Below, piece by piece: positions 28,440-36,516 of a DNA stretch of 64,000 nucleotides. Origin of the DNA: Candidatus Magasanikiibacteriota bacterium. GTDB lineage: Bacteria; Patescibacteriota; Patescibacteriia; Magasanikbacterales; GWA2-37-8. Made by a program: the position numbers and the translations under genes. Position 1 is the first letter of the stretch. Each line of letters starts with the position of its first letter. The notes under the pieces are model-generated. The model did no database searches. It was given only the letters and a program-made list of their open reading frames with translations, and was not told the origin of the DNA. The DNA lies in assembly GCA_041666745.1 (NCBI GenBank), contig JBAYGI010000003.1, positions 76,782 to 140,781 of the forward strand, given 5' to 3'.

Positions 28440-28997
28440 TTAACTTTTTCCCAATATTTCTTTTAATTTTTTTAACGCGCGATGCAATGTAACTCGAACC
28501 GCGATCTGTCCTTTGCCGGTGATCTCGGCGATCTCTTTGATCTCGAGCTCATCAACATATTTTAATGTCAGAACTTCCTGATATTCTTGTTTCAATTTTT
28601 TGATCGTTTGAATGATTTTTTCGGTTTCCATTTTATCACCAAGTTGTCCGTACCATTTTCCACTGTCACTCACTTCGGTATCTTCATATATAGGTACTTC
28701 ATTTTTGGTTGTGCGCGCTCGATAAAAATCTATAATACTGTTACGCGCGATGCGATAAAGTAAACCGCTAAAACTTTTTACTTCTGACGCGGAGTCTGTA
28801 CCGCCTATCAGATATTGCCAAACTTTGAGAAATACTTCCGATGTTACATCTTCGGCATTTTCGTGACTGCCAACCTTAAAAAAAACGAACCGATAAATTC
28901 GTTTAACATATAGATCGTAAAGTTCAGCGTAGGCATCCGTATCTTTCTTTGTATAGATCTTGTAGAGAAGAATCTTCTCTTTAATAACGTTTGACAT
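28440..28997 (-). CDS. ECF-type sigma-70 family RNA polymerase sigma factor
   Basis: 185 aa. Region-2-like YVKRIYRFVFFKVGSHENAEDVTSEVFLKVWQ and region-4 HTH VLTLKYVDELEIKEIAEITGKGQIAVRVTLHRALKKL. Confidence 0.8.
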   Translation of the reverse strand: MSNVIKEKILLYKIYTKKDTDAYAELYDLYVKRIYRFVFFKVGSHENAEDVTSEVFLKVWQYLIGGTDSASEVKSFSGLLYRIARNSIIDFYRARTTKNEVPIYEDTEVSDSGKWYGQLGDKMETEKIIQTIKKLKQEYQEVLTLKYVDELEIKEIAEITGKGQIAVRVTLHRALKKLKEILGKS

Positions 28998-29132
28998 TAT
29001 AGAAGACGAGAGAAAGTTAAAAGTGTTACACTTACCTATCGATGTAGTCTAGCCTGCCAAAAGTGATAATGCATATGATAGCAAAAAAGGGGGCGGTGGT
29101 CAAATATTACTTTTTCAAACTTTGAAACGCTT

Positions 29133-29264
29133 CGTATAATTTGTGACTCGTTTTGCTCTGGCTCTGAACTCGCCTGAGGGCTCAAACAGCAGAGCCAGCG
29201 ACGCAAAATTCGTCTACAAATTATTACTCAGCTTTTTCAATGTTTTCAAAAATAATATTTATTA
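29133..29264 (+). ncRNA. Copy A of a ~130-nt conserved noncoding element (candidate structured cis-regulatory RNA / repeated leader module); copy B is at 41843-41977
   Basis: About 75% identity to 41843-41977. Shared blocks are AATTTGTGACTC...CTCTG.CTCTGAACTCG...CAAACAGCAGAG.CAGC.ACGC...GTCTACAAATT...TTTTCAATGTT...AATATTTATT. The compensatory change is CTGGCTCTG/CAGAGCCAG (A) versus CTGACTCTG/CAGAGTCAG (B). Confidence 0.4.
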
Positions 29265-29290
29265 TTTGTATAGACTAGTGTATACAAACT
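29265..29290. promoter_or_regulatory. Operator-like 28-bp imperfect palindrome, site 1 (TTTGTATAGACTAGTGTATACAAACT)
   Basis: The inverted copy is at 29383-29410. Each is palindromic about ACTAGT except for a symmetric G/C pair. Confidence 0.5.
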
Positions 29291-29382
29291 TCGGGTAATT
29301 GACCATCTAGCCGATAGGTCAGAATAGCAGAAAATTGACTTGTGGTCAATAGATGGGCTTGACAAAACTCCAAAAATCTGGT

Positions 29383-29410
29383 AGTTTGTATACACTAGTC
29401 TATACAAACT
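29383..29410. promoter_or_regulatory. Operator-like palindrome, site 2 (AGTTTGTATACACTAGTCTATACAAACT), the exact reverse complement of site 1
   Basis: It lies ~20 nt downstream of a TTGACA box (29359-29364) and ends 2 nt before the ATG of the HTH gene at 29413. Confidence 0.5.
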
Positions 29411-29412
29411 TT

Positions 29413-29748
29413 ATGGAAGACCAAAAAATTACAACTCCGACTGCAGACCAAAAGCCCAAAGAAATGATTCGAGTGTCTATTTCTGAGGCGGCGCGTTTAT
29501 TTGGGGTAAACTCACAAACTATCCGTCGGGCTATCTCTGCACAAGAAATCACCTATGTTATTGTGTCCGGACGTTACAAAGTAAATTTTGAAAGTTTGGT
29601 GAAGTGGTCACAACACCACACAACCGTCAAAAACAAACTGGCCAATAAAGGGATCGGGCAATTCGTAGAAAAATGGAAAATTAAAAATCCTCTCTACTCC
29701 CCCAACCCAAAATCACTTAATGTAAAAAAAGATGAAATCCCTCAATAA
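29413..29748 (+). CDS. Small helix-turn-helix DNA-binding protein (excisionase/AlpA-like HTH_17-type), probable autoregulator
   Basis: MEDQKITTPTADQKPKEMIRVSISEAARLFGVNSQTIRRAISAQEITYVIVSGRYKVNFESLVKW. The start is moved from 29353 to the internal ATG 29413. The longer form would read through the operator palindrome and the TTGACA box. Confidence 0.5.
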   Translation: MEDQKITTPTADQKPKEMIRVSISEAARLFGVNSQTIRRAISAQEITYVIVSGRYKVNFESLVKWSQHHTTVKNKLANKGIGQFVEKWKIKNPLYSPNPKSLNVKKDEIPQ

Positions 29749-29767
29749 TTTGAGGGATTTTTTGTTG
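29735..29767 (+). terminator. Rho-independent terminator of the HTH gene (stop codon in the loop)
   Basis: AAATCCCTCAA-taa-TTGAGGGATTT 11-bp stem followed by TTTTGTTG. Confidence 0.65.
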
Positions 29768-29793
29768 CCACTTGGCTGGATTAGGCGTATAAT
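29765..29793 (+). promoter_or_regulatory. Sigma70-like promoter for the 29821 gene (-35 TTGCCA, 17-bp spacer, -10 TATAAT)
   Basis: TTGCCA at 29765-29770 and TATAAT at 29788-29793. The gene ATG is 28 nt downstream. Confidence 0.5.
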
Positions 29794-29820
29794 AAAAACA
29801 TAAAATACTTTCTATGTTTT

Positions 29821-31593
29821 ATGTTTAAAGCTATTTATAATTTATTCAACCGTCACTACCATTTACGCTACCACGGGGTTTACAATCACGCCAAGAAGCT
29901 TTTTGTATTTGATTTATTTTTATTAGCTACCGCCATTATCACACTCGGGGCTGGTTTGTTTTTCTTTTTTTGGAATCCGGGTTTAACCGATCAAATTGAT
30001 TTAAAAATATCTTTGGGGTCAAACAGGATTAAAAGTGGTGAGTTGGTTAAAGTAACTATCGATTATAAAAATCGTAGCAAATACTATCTGCGCGAGCCGG
30101 TATTGGCTTTACATTTGCCGATTGGTTTTGTGGTTGACCGCGAACTCACTCCTGTTAATATTTTCAAAACTGATTCTACTTTTGAACTCCCAGAATTACG
30201 TCCGGGCGCCAGCGGTCAAGCGGAAGTATATGGCCGACTTTGGGTATCACCAAAACAGGAAGAAAAAATCTCCGCCCTACTTTCCTACCTACCGGAAAAA
30301 TCCAACAACCGCGAACAGAAAATTGGGTTATTTTTGGTAAACCTATCTGACAGTATTTTGAGAGCTTCATTGGAGTTATCCACAACCTCTTTTGCCAATA
30401 CACGAGTGCCGTTTGTTTATAAACTTATCAACACCTCGGATTCCAAACTTGAAGGTCTCAATTTCAATTTTAATTTCCCAGGCACAATTATTGGACTAAA
30501 AAATAGTGATTTGCAAAATATTACTTTAGAAAAAAATAGTGAAAAATTAATTACCGGTGAAATCGTCATACCAAACAAATCCGGCGAATATAGCCTGAAT
30601 GTTATTGTTGGCGCAAGTATCAACAACCAATCAATCAACATTTTAAATAATCAATCGACCGTCAAAACTTTTTCACCTGAAATTAGTATATCGGCCAAAC
30701 TAAAAGATAACCCTACTTTTGCGCAACCAAACCAAACATTGAACGCCATCATAAGTTGGCAAAATAACGGCCAATATGAACTACAAAATTCATATGTACG
30801 AATTGCGTTTACTCCTGGTGTTGTAGATATCAAAACCACCGCCAAAGAAAACGGGTTTAAAATAGACGGCAATGATCTGATAGTTGGCGCGAACAATTTA
30901 TTGATTAGCGCAAAAGAACGTACTGCCCTCTCCAACGGCAAACCGCAAGCCAACGATCAGTTTGATTTCAAAATTTATTTATTACCAACCTTCAATGTCG
31001 GCACTACAGAAAACGCTGTATTGGAAATCAAACCATCATTTGTTTCTGAATTAAAAAATATTTCCGGACAACAGTTTACCTCAACCGGTGAATCGGCCAA
31101 AATTATTTTGGCGACTGAGTTGAGTCTAAAAGCCGAATCCAGATATTACACCGATGAAGGTGACCAACTAGGTCGCGGTCCACTGCCACCACAAGTTGGC
31201 GAAACTACCAAATATTGGATTTTTATCCGCGCCAACAACACCACCAATCCGGTTCGTGACGCGATGTTTTCCGCCACTCTGCCAAATGGAGTGAATTTTA
31301 CTGGCAAACAAAGTGTGTCTATCGGCCCCGCTCTAACTTTTGACGAAACCAACCGAACCGTAAGCTGGAACTATCGCGAACTACCGGCCAATAGTCAAAC
31401 CGGATTGTATTTTGAAGTAGCTGTAACACCAACACCGGAACAAATGGGCAAAACTATCAACTTGGTAAATAGTATTAAATTTACTGCCAGTGATAAAAAT
31501 ATTGGCAAACAGTTTGTATTGAATAAAAGTGTTGTGAATAATGTTTTGTCGGCAAATGACTTGGGGAATAAAAAAAGTAGTTTGGTGCAATAA
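29821..31593 (+). CDS. Membrane-anchored hypothetical protein with repeated beta-sandwich (DUF11/CARDB-like) domains
   Basis: 590 aa. An N-terminal TM (LFVFDLFLLATAIITLGAGLFFFFW) is followed by several ~100-aa segments with recurring patterns (e.g. VKVTIDYKN, EYSLNVIVGASIN, YELQNSYVRIAFTPG, LYFEVAVTP). Confidence 0.35.
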   Translation: MFKAIYNLFNRHYHLRYHGVYNHAKKLFVFDLFLLATAIITLGAGLFFFFWNPGLTDQIDLKISLGSNRIKSGELVKVTIDYKNRSKYYLREPVLALHLPIGFVVDRELTPVNIFKTDSTFELPELRPGASGQAEVYGRLWVSPKQEEKISALLSYLPEKSNNREQKIGLFLVNLSDSILRASLELSTTSFANTRVPFVYKLINTSDSKLEGLNFNFNFPGTIIGLKNSDLQNITLEKNSEKLITGEIVIPNKSGEYSLNVIVGASINNQSINILNNQSTVKTFSPEISISAKLKDNPTFAQPNQTLNAIISWQNNGQYELQNSYVRIAFTPGVVDIKTTAKENGFKIDGNDLIVGANNLLISAKERTALSNGKPQANDQFDFKIYLLPTFNVGTTENAVLEIKPSFVSELKNISGQQFTSTGESAKIILATELSLKAESRYYTDEGDQLGRGPLPPQVGETTKYWIFIRANNTTNPVRDAMFSATLPNGVNFTGKQSVSIGPALTFDETNRTVSWNYRELPANSQTGLYFEVAVTPTPEQMGKTINLVNSIKFTASDKNIGKQFVLNKSVVNNVLSANDLGNKKSSLVQ

Positions 31594-31600
31594 ACAAAAA

Positions 31601-31702
31601 CACCACGCACATATAACCACCTTTTCGCTTTTTTCAGCCGCGAGGCTGAAAGGATGAGCCTCGGCTCATAACCCGCTCAAAGGTAACTATATGTGCGTGG
31701 TG
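31601..31702. repeat. Structured intergenic repeat, copy 1: conserved two-hairpin core nested in a 15-bp outer inverted repeat, between convergent genes
   Basis: Outer IR CACCACGCACATATA (31601-31615) / TATATGTGCGTGGTG (31688-31702), flanked by an A-run and a T-run. Core TTTTCAGCCGCGAGGCTGAAAGGATGAGCCTCGGCTCATAACCCGCTCAAAGG. Confidence 0.6.
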
Positions 31703-31724
31703 TTTTTTGATCCTTCTGTAAATA

Positions 31725-32876
31725 CTACACTCCAGCTGACTTTTTCAGGTCTTCGACTTTGTCAGTTTTTTCCCAAGAAAACTCTGCGCGACCAAAATGT
31801 CCATAAGCCGCAGTGGCGCGATAAATCGGTTTCAACAAATCAAGCTGCTCGATAATCTTACCTGGTCGGAAATCAAATACGGCTTTGACTGCTTCCTCCA
31901 ATTTTTCATCAGCCACTTTTCCAGTTCCGAAACTATCCACACAAACACTGGTTGGTTCAGCTCGTCCGATAACATAGGATACTTGTACTTCACATTTATC
32001 AGCCAACCCGGCTGCGACGATGTTTTTGGCCACATAGCGAGCCATATAAGCGCCGGAACGGTCTACTTTACTTGGATCCTTGCCGGAGAAACAACCACCA
32101 CCGTGACGCCCCATTCCGCCATAAGAATCCACGATAATTTTTCTTCCGGTTAATCCGGTATCACCTTGTGGACCACCAATAACAAAACGGCCAGTCATGT
32201 TGATAAACAAATCAGTTTTGTCATCCATGTATTTTCCACAAATCGGCTTAATCACCTTTTCGGTGATATCAGCGCGAATCTGCTCATTGGTGGCGCTGTC
32301 GTGGTGTTGAGCGGATATTACCACATTTTGCAAACGGGTTGGTTTACCGTCGACATACTCCACGGCTACCTGAGATTTACCATCTGGACGCAAATATGGA
32401 ATCTCACCATTTTTGCGCACCTCAGCCAAACGTTTGGATAATTTATGTGCCAAAGAAATTGGCAAAGGCATCAATTCTTCGGTTTCGTTACAAGCGTAAC
32501 CAAACATCAAACCTTGATCCCCGGCACCCTGCTCTTCGACTGCTTTCTTTTCCACCCCTTGCGCAATATCCGGAGATTGTTCGTGAATAGAAACCAACAC
32601 ACCGGCATGTTCACCGTCAATTCCGTAAGCCGGATCAGTGTAACCAATATCCGTCAAAACTCCACGCACGATTTGTTGTACATCGGCATAACCATTGGTA
32701 GTAACTTCACCACCAACAATCACCAAACCGGTAGTAGTAAAACATTCTACCGCCACATGAGATTTTGGATCCTGACCAATCAGTTTATCTAGAACCGCAT
32801 CAGAAATCTGGTCGCAAATTTTGTCTGGGTGACCTTCAGTCACCGATTCTGATGTAAAAACAAATTTATTAGACAT
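31725..32876 (-). CDS. metK: S-adenosylmethionine synthetase
   Basis: [26 protein letters not shown]...[12 protein letters not shown]...[23 protein letters not shown]. 383 aa. Confidence 0.9.
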   Translation of the reverse strand: MSNKFVFTSESVTEGHPDKICDQISDAVLDKLIGQDPKSHVAVECFTTTGLVIVGGEVTTNGYADVQQIVRGVLTDIGYTDPAYGIDGEHAGVLVSIHEQSPDIAQGVEKKAVEEQGAGDQGLMFGYACNETEELMPLPISLAHKLSKRLAEVRKNGEIPYLRPDGKSQVAVEYVDGKPTRLQNVVISAQHHDSATNEQIRADITEKVIKPICGKYMDDKTDLFINMTGRFVIGGPQGDTGLTGRKIIVDSYGGMGRHGGGCFSGKDPSKVDRSGAYMARYVAKNIVAAGLADKCEVQVSYVIGRAEPTSVCVDSFGTGKVADEKLEEAVKAVFDFRPGKIIEQLDLLKPIYRATAAYGHFGRAEFSWEKTDKVEDLKKSAGV

Positions 32877-32961
32877 AATTTATTTATAAAATTAATAACC
32901 GACAGACAGAAGGAAGTTGTTGACAAGTAATCGACCTGTCACCTAGCAACAACAAACACCG

Positions 32962-34140
32962 TCAAAAACGAATGAATTTCATTATACTAACTACTGTAGC
33001 GATTGTAAATACCAAAAAAACTAAAACTGTTAATAAAGTTGTCAGCGGTAAACGGTAACGATCAGCTGGCAAATCACCAAGTTTTTTTGCCTTCCAATAA
33101 ACCATCATCATCAGTATCGCTTCAATCCCCAAAAACAAACCACCAACTACTCCTAAAATATTTACAAAATCGCGCCAACCGGCCATAAAAAAAGTCAGTG
33201 GGGCTAAAATAACCAAAAAGGTAGATAACAAAGAAGGTATTTTCCAATCCCACACTAAACTCTGTTTGAGCGCTACCCCCAACCCCATAAATCCGGTGCC
33301 CATTGCAAATATTGCAAATACATTGGCCAAAATCCTAACCCAAGAGCCAAATTTATTTCCCAAACCCAGAGTCGCAATTTCGGTTGTTTCTTTTCCCATC
33401 ACCCCAACCACCGCCAAAGCGAATATGATATAAACAAAGATCGGAATGAGTGTGCCAATAATCAAAGCTTTTCTAAAATGTTTTTGACTCCCCGGCAACA
33501 ACGCATGTGCCTCAGCAATCGCCGGTGAAGCATGAAGAGCAAATAAAATTACACCATAAGGCAGAAAAATTTTACCCCAATTTAAGTAACTAAAATTTAC
33601 TGCTTGGACATGTGGTAAAAAAGCCAGAGACAAACCCACGATAATACTGATCACCAAAATACTCAAAACTTTTTCAAACACTTTGACTGTTTGTAATCCC
33701 CGCCACACCAATACACTTCCAATTGTCCAAAATATCACCGTCCACCAAGCCGGATCACCGCCAAAAATACCGGACAACGATTCACCCTCGCCCACCAAAT
33801 ACGCCAACAATGTTCCAAGACCACTGAAAACAATAATCACCGACATTAAAATTTTCGCGGGACCACCAAGATATTTTCCTACCAATCCGGGCAACTGAAA
33901 ACTTTCTTTGGTGCGAATGGTCACTTCGCCAATCATGAGATTCAAAAACAACATCACTATTCCCAATATTAAAATATACGCAATACCAACCCAAATCCCC
34001 ACTTGCGCCACGACATACGGAACACCCAAAACACCCGCACCAATCGTCATGCCGGTAATCATAAACACCGCACTGCTAATGCCCAATGGTTTTTTGTAAA
34101 CTCCGCCGTGCAAAACCAACTCCGATTCTTTTTTAAACAT
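32962..34140 (-). CDS. Amino-acid permease (APC/HAAAP-superfamily transporter)
   Basis: 392 aa with about 11 TM helices. N-terminal LGISSAVFMITGMTIGAGVLGVPYVVAQVGIW. Confidence 0.55.
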   Translation of the reverse strand: MFKKESELVLHGGVYKKPLGISSAVFMITGMTIGAGVLGVPYVVAQVGIWVGIAYILILGIVMLFLNLMIGEVTIRTKESFQLPGLVGKYLGGPAKILMSVIIVFSGLGTLLAYLVGEGESLSGIFGGDPAWWTVIFWTIGSVLVWRGLQTVKVFEKVLSILVISIIVGLSLAFLPHVQAVNFSYLNWGKIFLPYGVILFALHASPAIAEAHALLPGSQKHFRKALIIGTLIPIFVYIIFALAVVGVMGKETTEIATLGLGNKFGSWVRILANVFAIFAMGTGFMGLGVALKQSLVWDWKIPSLLSTFLVILAPLTFFMAGWRDFVNILGVVGGLFLGIEAILMMMVYWKAKKLGDLPADRYRLPLTTLLTVLVFLVFTIATVVSIMKFIRF

Positions 34141-34189
34141 AAAAATATTTAGAGTGCCTTTATTTTATCATAAAATAATAAAAACAAAA

Positions 34190-34210
34190 AGCCCCGAACA
34201 GGTCGGGGCT
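34190..34210 (-). terminator. Rho-independent terminator downstream of tRNA-Val
   Basis: AGCCCCGA-ccugu-UCGGGGCU 8-bp stem followed on the minus strand by TTTTTGTTTTT. Confidence 0.65.
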
Positions 34211-34231
34211 GAAAGTGTTTGAAAAAAAATG

Positions 34232-34305
34232 TGGGTGATAAAGGATTCGAACCTTTGGCCTCCTCGGTGTAAACGAGGCGCTCTAACCAACTGAGCTAAT
34301 CACCC
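34232..34305 (-). tRNA. tRNA-Val (anticodon UAC)
   Basis: Minus-strand read: GGGTGAT TA GCTC AGTTGGTTA GAGC G CCTCG TTTACAC CGAGG AGGCC AAAGG TTCGAAT CCTTT ATCACCC A. The 7-bp acceptor stem, D arm, anticodon loop with TAC at 34-36, GTTCGAAT T-loop and discriminator A are all present. 74 nt. No encoded CCA. Confidence 0.85.
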
Positions 34306-34340
34306 AAATTAACAACAGTAATATACCTAAAAATAAAATT

Positions 34341-35336
34341 TTAGTCAATGGGGTGAAAATAATCAGCCATTCCGCTATACCCATGGATTTTCAACCAATA
34401 CCACCACTCCGCTCCCCATAGATAAGCTCGGCTAAATCCAGTTTGTTTGGCAAAGTCTATTTGTTTTTGCATTCGATCCAAATTCATCGACTTCAACTGC
34501 TCATCAATATTTTCAACAGAAATGGCCATATTGGGCATCCAAGGTTCGGCTTGTAATTCGGAAATATAAACATTTTTTAAATTCAATCCATATAACTTGG
34601 CGTGCGCGCGATAAAAAGCCGCCGGTAACCAGTCATAATTAAAATACCCGCTACGTTTACTCCATACCACCCGATAGGCAGTACTACCAAAGATATCCCC
34701 TGCTTTGGCGGTTTTATTCCAAAAACTTAATTCGCCACTATCCGTAACCATAACCAAATGTTTTGGGTCAGTATTTTTGATGGTGCTGATCTCAGTTTGT
34801 AATTTTTTTACATCGAGCGTGCGACATTTGTCACCAAACTCCAAAAACGGTTCATTTTCCACCTGCCAAGTTTCGAGTGCTGGATTATTTTTGAAATGCT
34901 CGGCAACATTTTTTAAATAATTATTTAAGGCTACATGGTATTGATCATCAGAAAGATTTACCGCCCAATCCGGCACATTACATTCCGGCCAGCGCGGTGT
35001 TTTTTGACCCGCCGCCAATACTACTTTGGCATTGCGTTTGGCAGCCTCATTCAGCAAATAATCCAATTCTGAAAAATCAAATTTGCCACTTTTTGGCTCT
35101 ACTTCATCCCAACGAGCGGTCAAACGCAAATAACGAAATTTCCAATCATCTAAAATAACTTTATAAACTTCGCCTACATCTAAACCCAAATAACGCGCGT
35201 AATCCGGACTAAACGATGTACCCAAAATAATCTTTTCATTTTTGGGATTAGCCGAATCAGAAAATAAATACCAGACATTGGCCGCTATCAACAAAACTAT
35301 TCCAAAAAATATTAATAGTTTTTTTTGTAAACTCAT
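34341..35336 (-). CDS. Membrane-anchored glycoside hydrolase, clan GH-A TIM-barrel (GH5-like)
   Basis: 331 aa. N-terminal TM. ARWDEVEP and the catalytic-acid-type WQVENEPF (NEP) motif are typical of clan GH-A. Confidence 0.5.
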   Translation of the reverse strand: MSLQKKLLIFFGIVLLIAANVWYLFSDSANPKNEKIILGTSFSPDYARYLGLDVGEVYKVILDDWKFRYLRLTARWDEVEPKSGKFDFSELDYLLNEAAKRNAKVVLAAGQKTPRWPECNVPDWAVNLSDDQYHVALNNYLKNVAEHFKNNPALETWQVENEPFLEFGDKCRTLDVKKLQTEISTIKNTDPKHLVMVTDSGELSFWNKTAKAGDIFGSTAYRVVWSKRSGYFNYDWLPAAFYRAHAKLYGLNLKNVYISELQAEPWMPNMAISVENIDEQLKSMNLDRMQKQIDFAKQTGFSRAYLWGAEWWYWLKIHGYSGMADYFHPID

Positions 35337-35337
35337 A

Positions 35338-36261
35338 CTAAACTAGTAAGATTAAACCGGCGGCAATCACCACCACCGCCAATGTTTCTAATATTATTTC
35401 TCCAACCGTGTAATATTCTTTGAATTTTTTTGGCCAAAATTTACTAAGCAATAAAACTAAAATAATTAAAAGCGCGTATTCCAAACCATTCAAAGCATTA
35501 ACCAATGATACACTGCCGATTGCCACGGCGTATTGCACAACCACTACCCCTACTGAACCTAAAATTTTATTTACTACCACTAAAATAATATTATCTTTTT
35601 TTGCTTTGACGGACAATAATTTATTTTTAACTTTATCCAAAACACTGGTTTTAAAAAGTGAACGATAAACAATTGGGTGTAATAATAAAACCAACCCTAA
35701 TAAACCAGTAGCCGCTCTCGTCCAAACAAAACCGCTGTAAAAATCATAATGACCGTAAATATATTTTGCGCTGACATGTGAAATCGCAAATAATAGGCCG
35801 GCTAATATCCCCCACACCAACCCCAAATGCAGGCCGGACTGTTGTTTGCTTTTTTCGAATGAAACCAACAGTGAACCAACAATCAGCAAACCTGAGGCTA
35901 TCAATTGACGAGTGGTTAAAATTTCTAACAAAAATACATTGCTGAATAATAATACAAATAATGGAGTGGCCGCGCCTACCAACGGTCCAATGTGGCTGAT
36001 CTCGCTTTTTTCGAAACCTAAAAACATTGTCCATAGTGCAAAGGCGAAAGATAGGCCGGATAATACCGCTACACTCCAATCAAATGGGGTGTGTAAAAAA
36101 TTTACTCCGAATGGGATTAGTAATAAGAGCGGTAGAACGAAAATTGCGGAATAAAAAGTATATAGGACTGGTTGGATTTTGGCTGAGGAAAGTAGATATT
36201 TATCCATTATTGCTACTATGGCCAGAATTGTGTAACCGATTATTGAGAGTATTAGCCACAT
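35338..36261 (-). CDS. DMT-superfamily (EamA-like) membrane transporter
   Basis: 307 aa with 10 TM helices in two 5-TM halves. 1-nt gap to the downstream GH gene. Confidence 0.6.
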   Translation of the reverse strand: MWLILSIIGYTILAIVAIMDKYLLSSAKIQPVLYTFYSAIFVLPLLLLIPFGVNFLHTPFDWSVAVLSGLSFAFALWTMFLGFEKSEISHIGPLVGAATPLFVLLFSNVFLLEILTTRQLIASGLLIVGSLLVSFEKSKQQSGLHLGLVWGILAGLLFAISHVSAKYIYGHYDFYSGFVWTRAATGLLGLVLLLHPIVYRSLFKTSVLDKVKNKLLSVKAKKDNIILVVVNKILGSVGVVVVQYAVAIGSVSLVNALNGLEYALLIILVLLLSKFWPKKFKEYYTVGEIILETLAVVVIAAGLILLV

Positions 36262-36427
36262 ATACTATTGGGTCTGTTTAATTTTACGCCTCGTAGATAT
36301 AAATTTTCTTGCGCTCAGACTTGTAGCGAATTTGTCGTTTAGCAGACAGCTAGTTTGGTTCTCGCTACTTCGGACAATTCGCGCGGCGAAAATTTTTATC
36401 TACTCGGCTATTAGTTTAGTCTTACTA

Positions 36428-36438
36428 ATTATAGCACA
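36428..36438 (-). promoter_or_regulatory. Extended -10 promoter element TGTGCTATAAT for the DMT transporter gene (leader of ~160 nt)
   Basis: Minus-strand read of 36438-36428 is TGTGCTATAAT, a perfect TATAAT with TGn. Confidence 0.45.
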
Positions 36439-36473
36439 AAAAAACGTCGCGATCTAATTGCGACGTTTTTTTT
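36438..36473. terminator. Bidirectional intrinsic terminator hairpin (A-run / 9-bp GC-rich stem / T-run)
   Basis: AAAAAAACGTCGC-gatctaatt-GCGACGTTTTTTT. It terminates the minus-strand transcript coming from the GC-rich island and the 36870 gene. Confidence 0.65.
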
Positions 36474-36516
36474 GATCCACATCCAATATTTACTTTTGGA
36501 AATAAACATTGGACGT

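Noticed and set aside
29353-29412. 20-codon N-terminal extension of the HTH gene
   Set aside because: It would translate through the TTGACA box and operator site 2. The ATG at 29413 sits right after the operator, consistent with a promoter/operator region.
34141-34340. tRNA-Val as a genomic-island integration site
   Set aside because: No integrase gene and no direct repeat of the tRNA 3' end were found in the window. The flanks carry only a terminator and a housekeeping permease.
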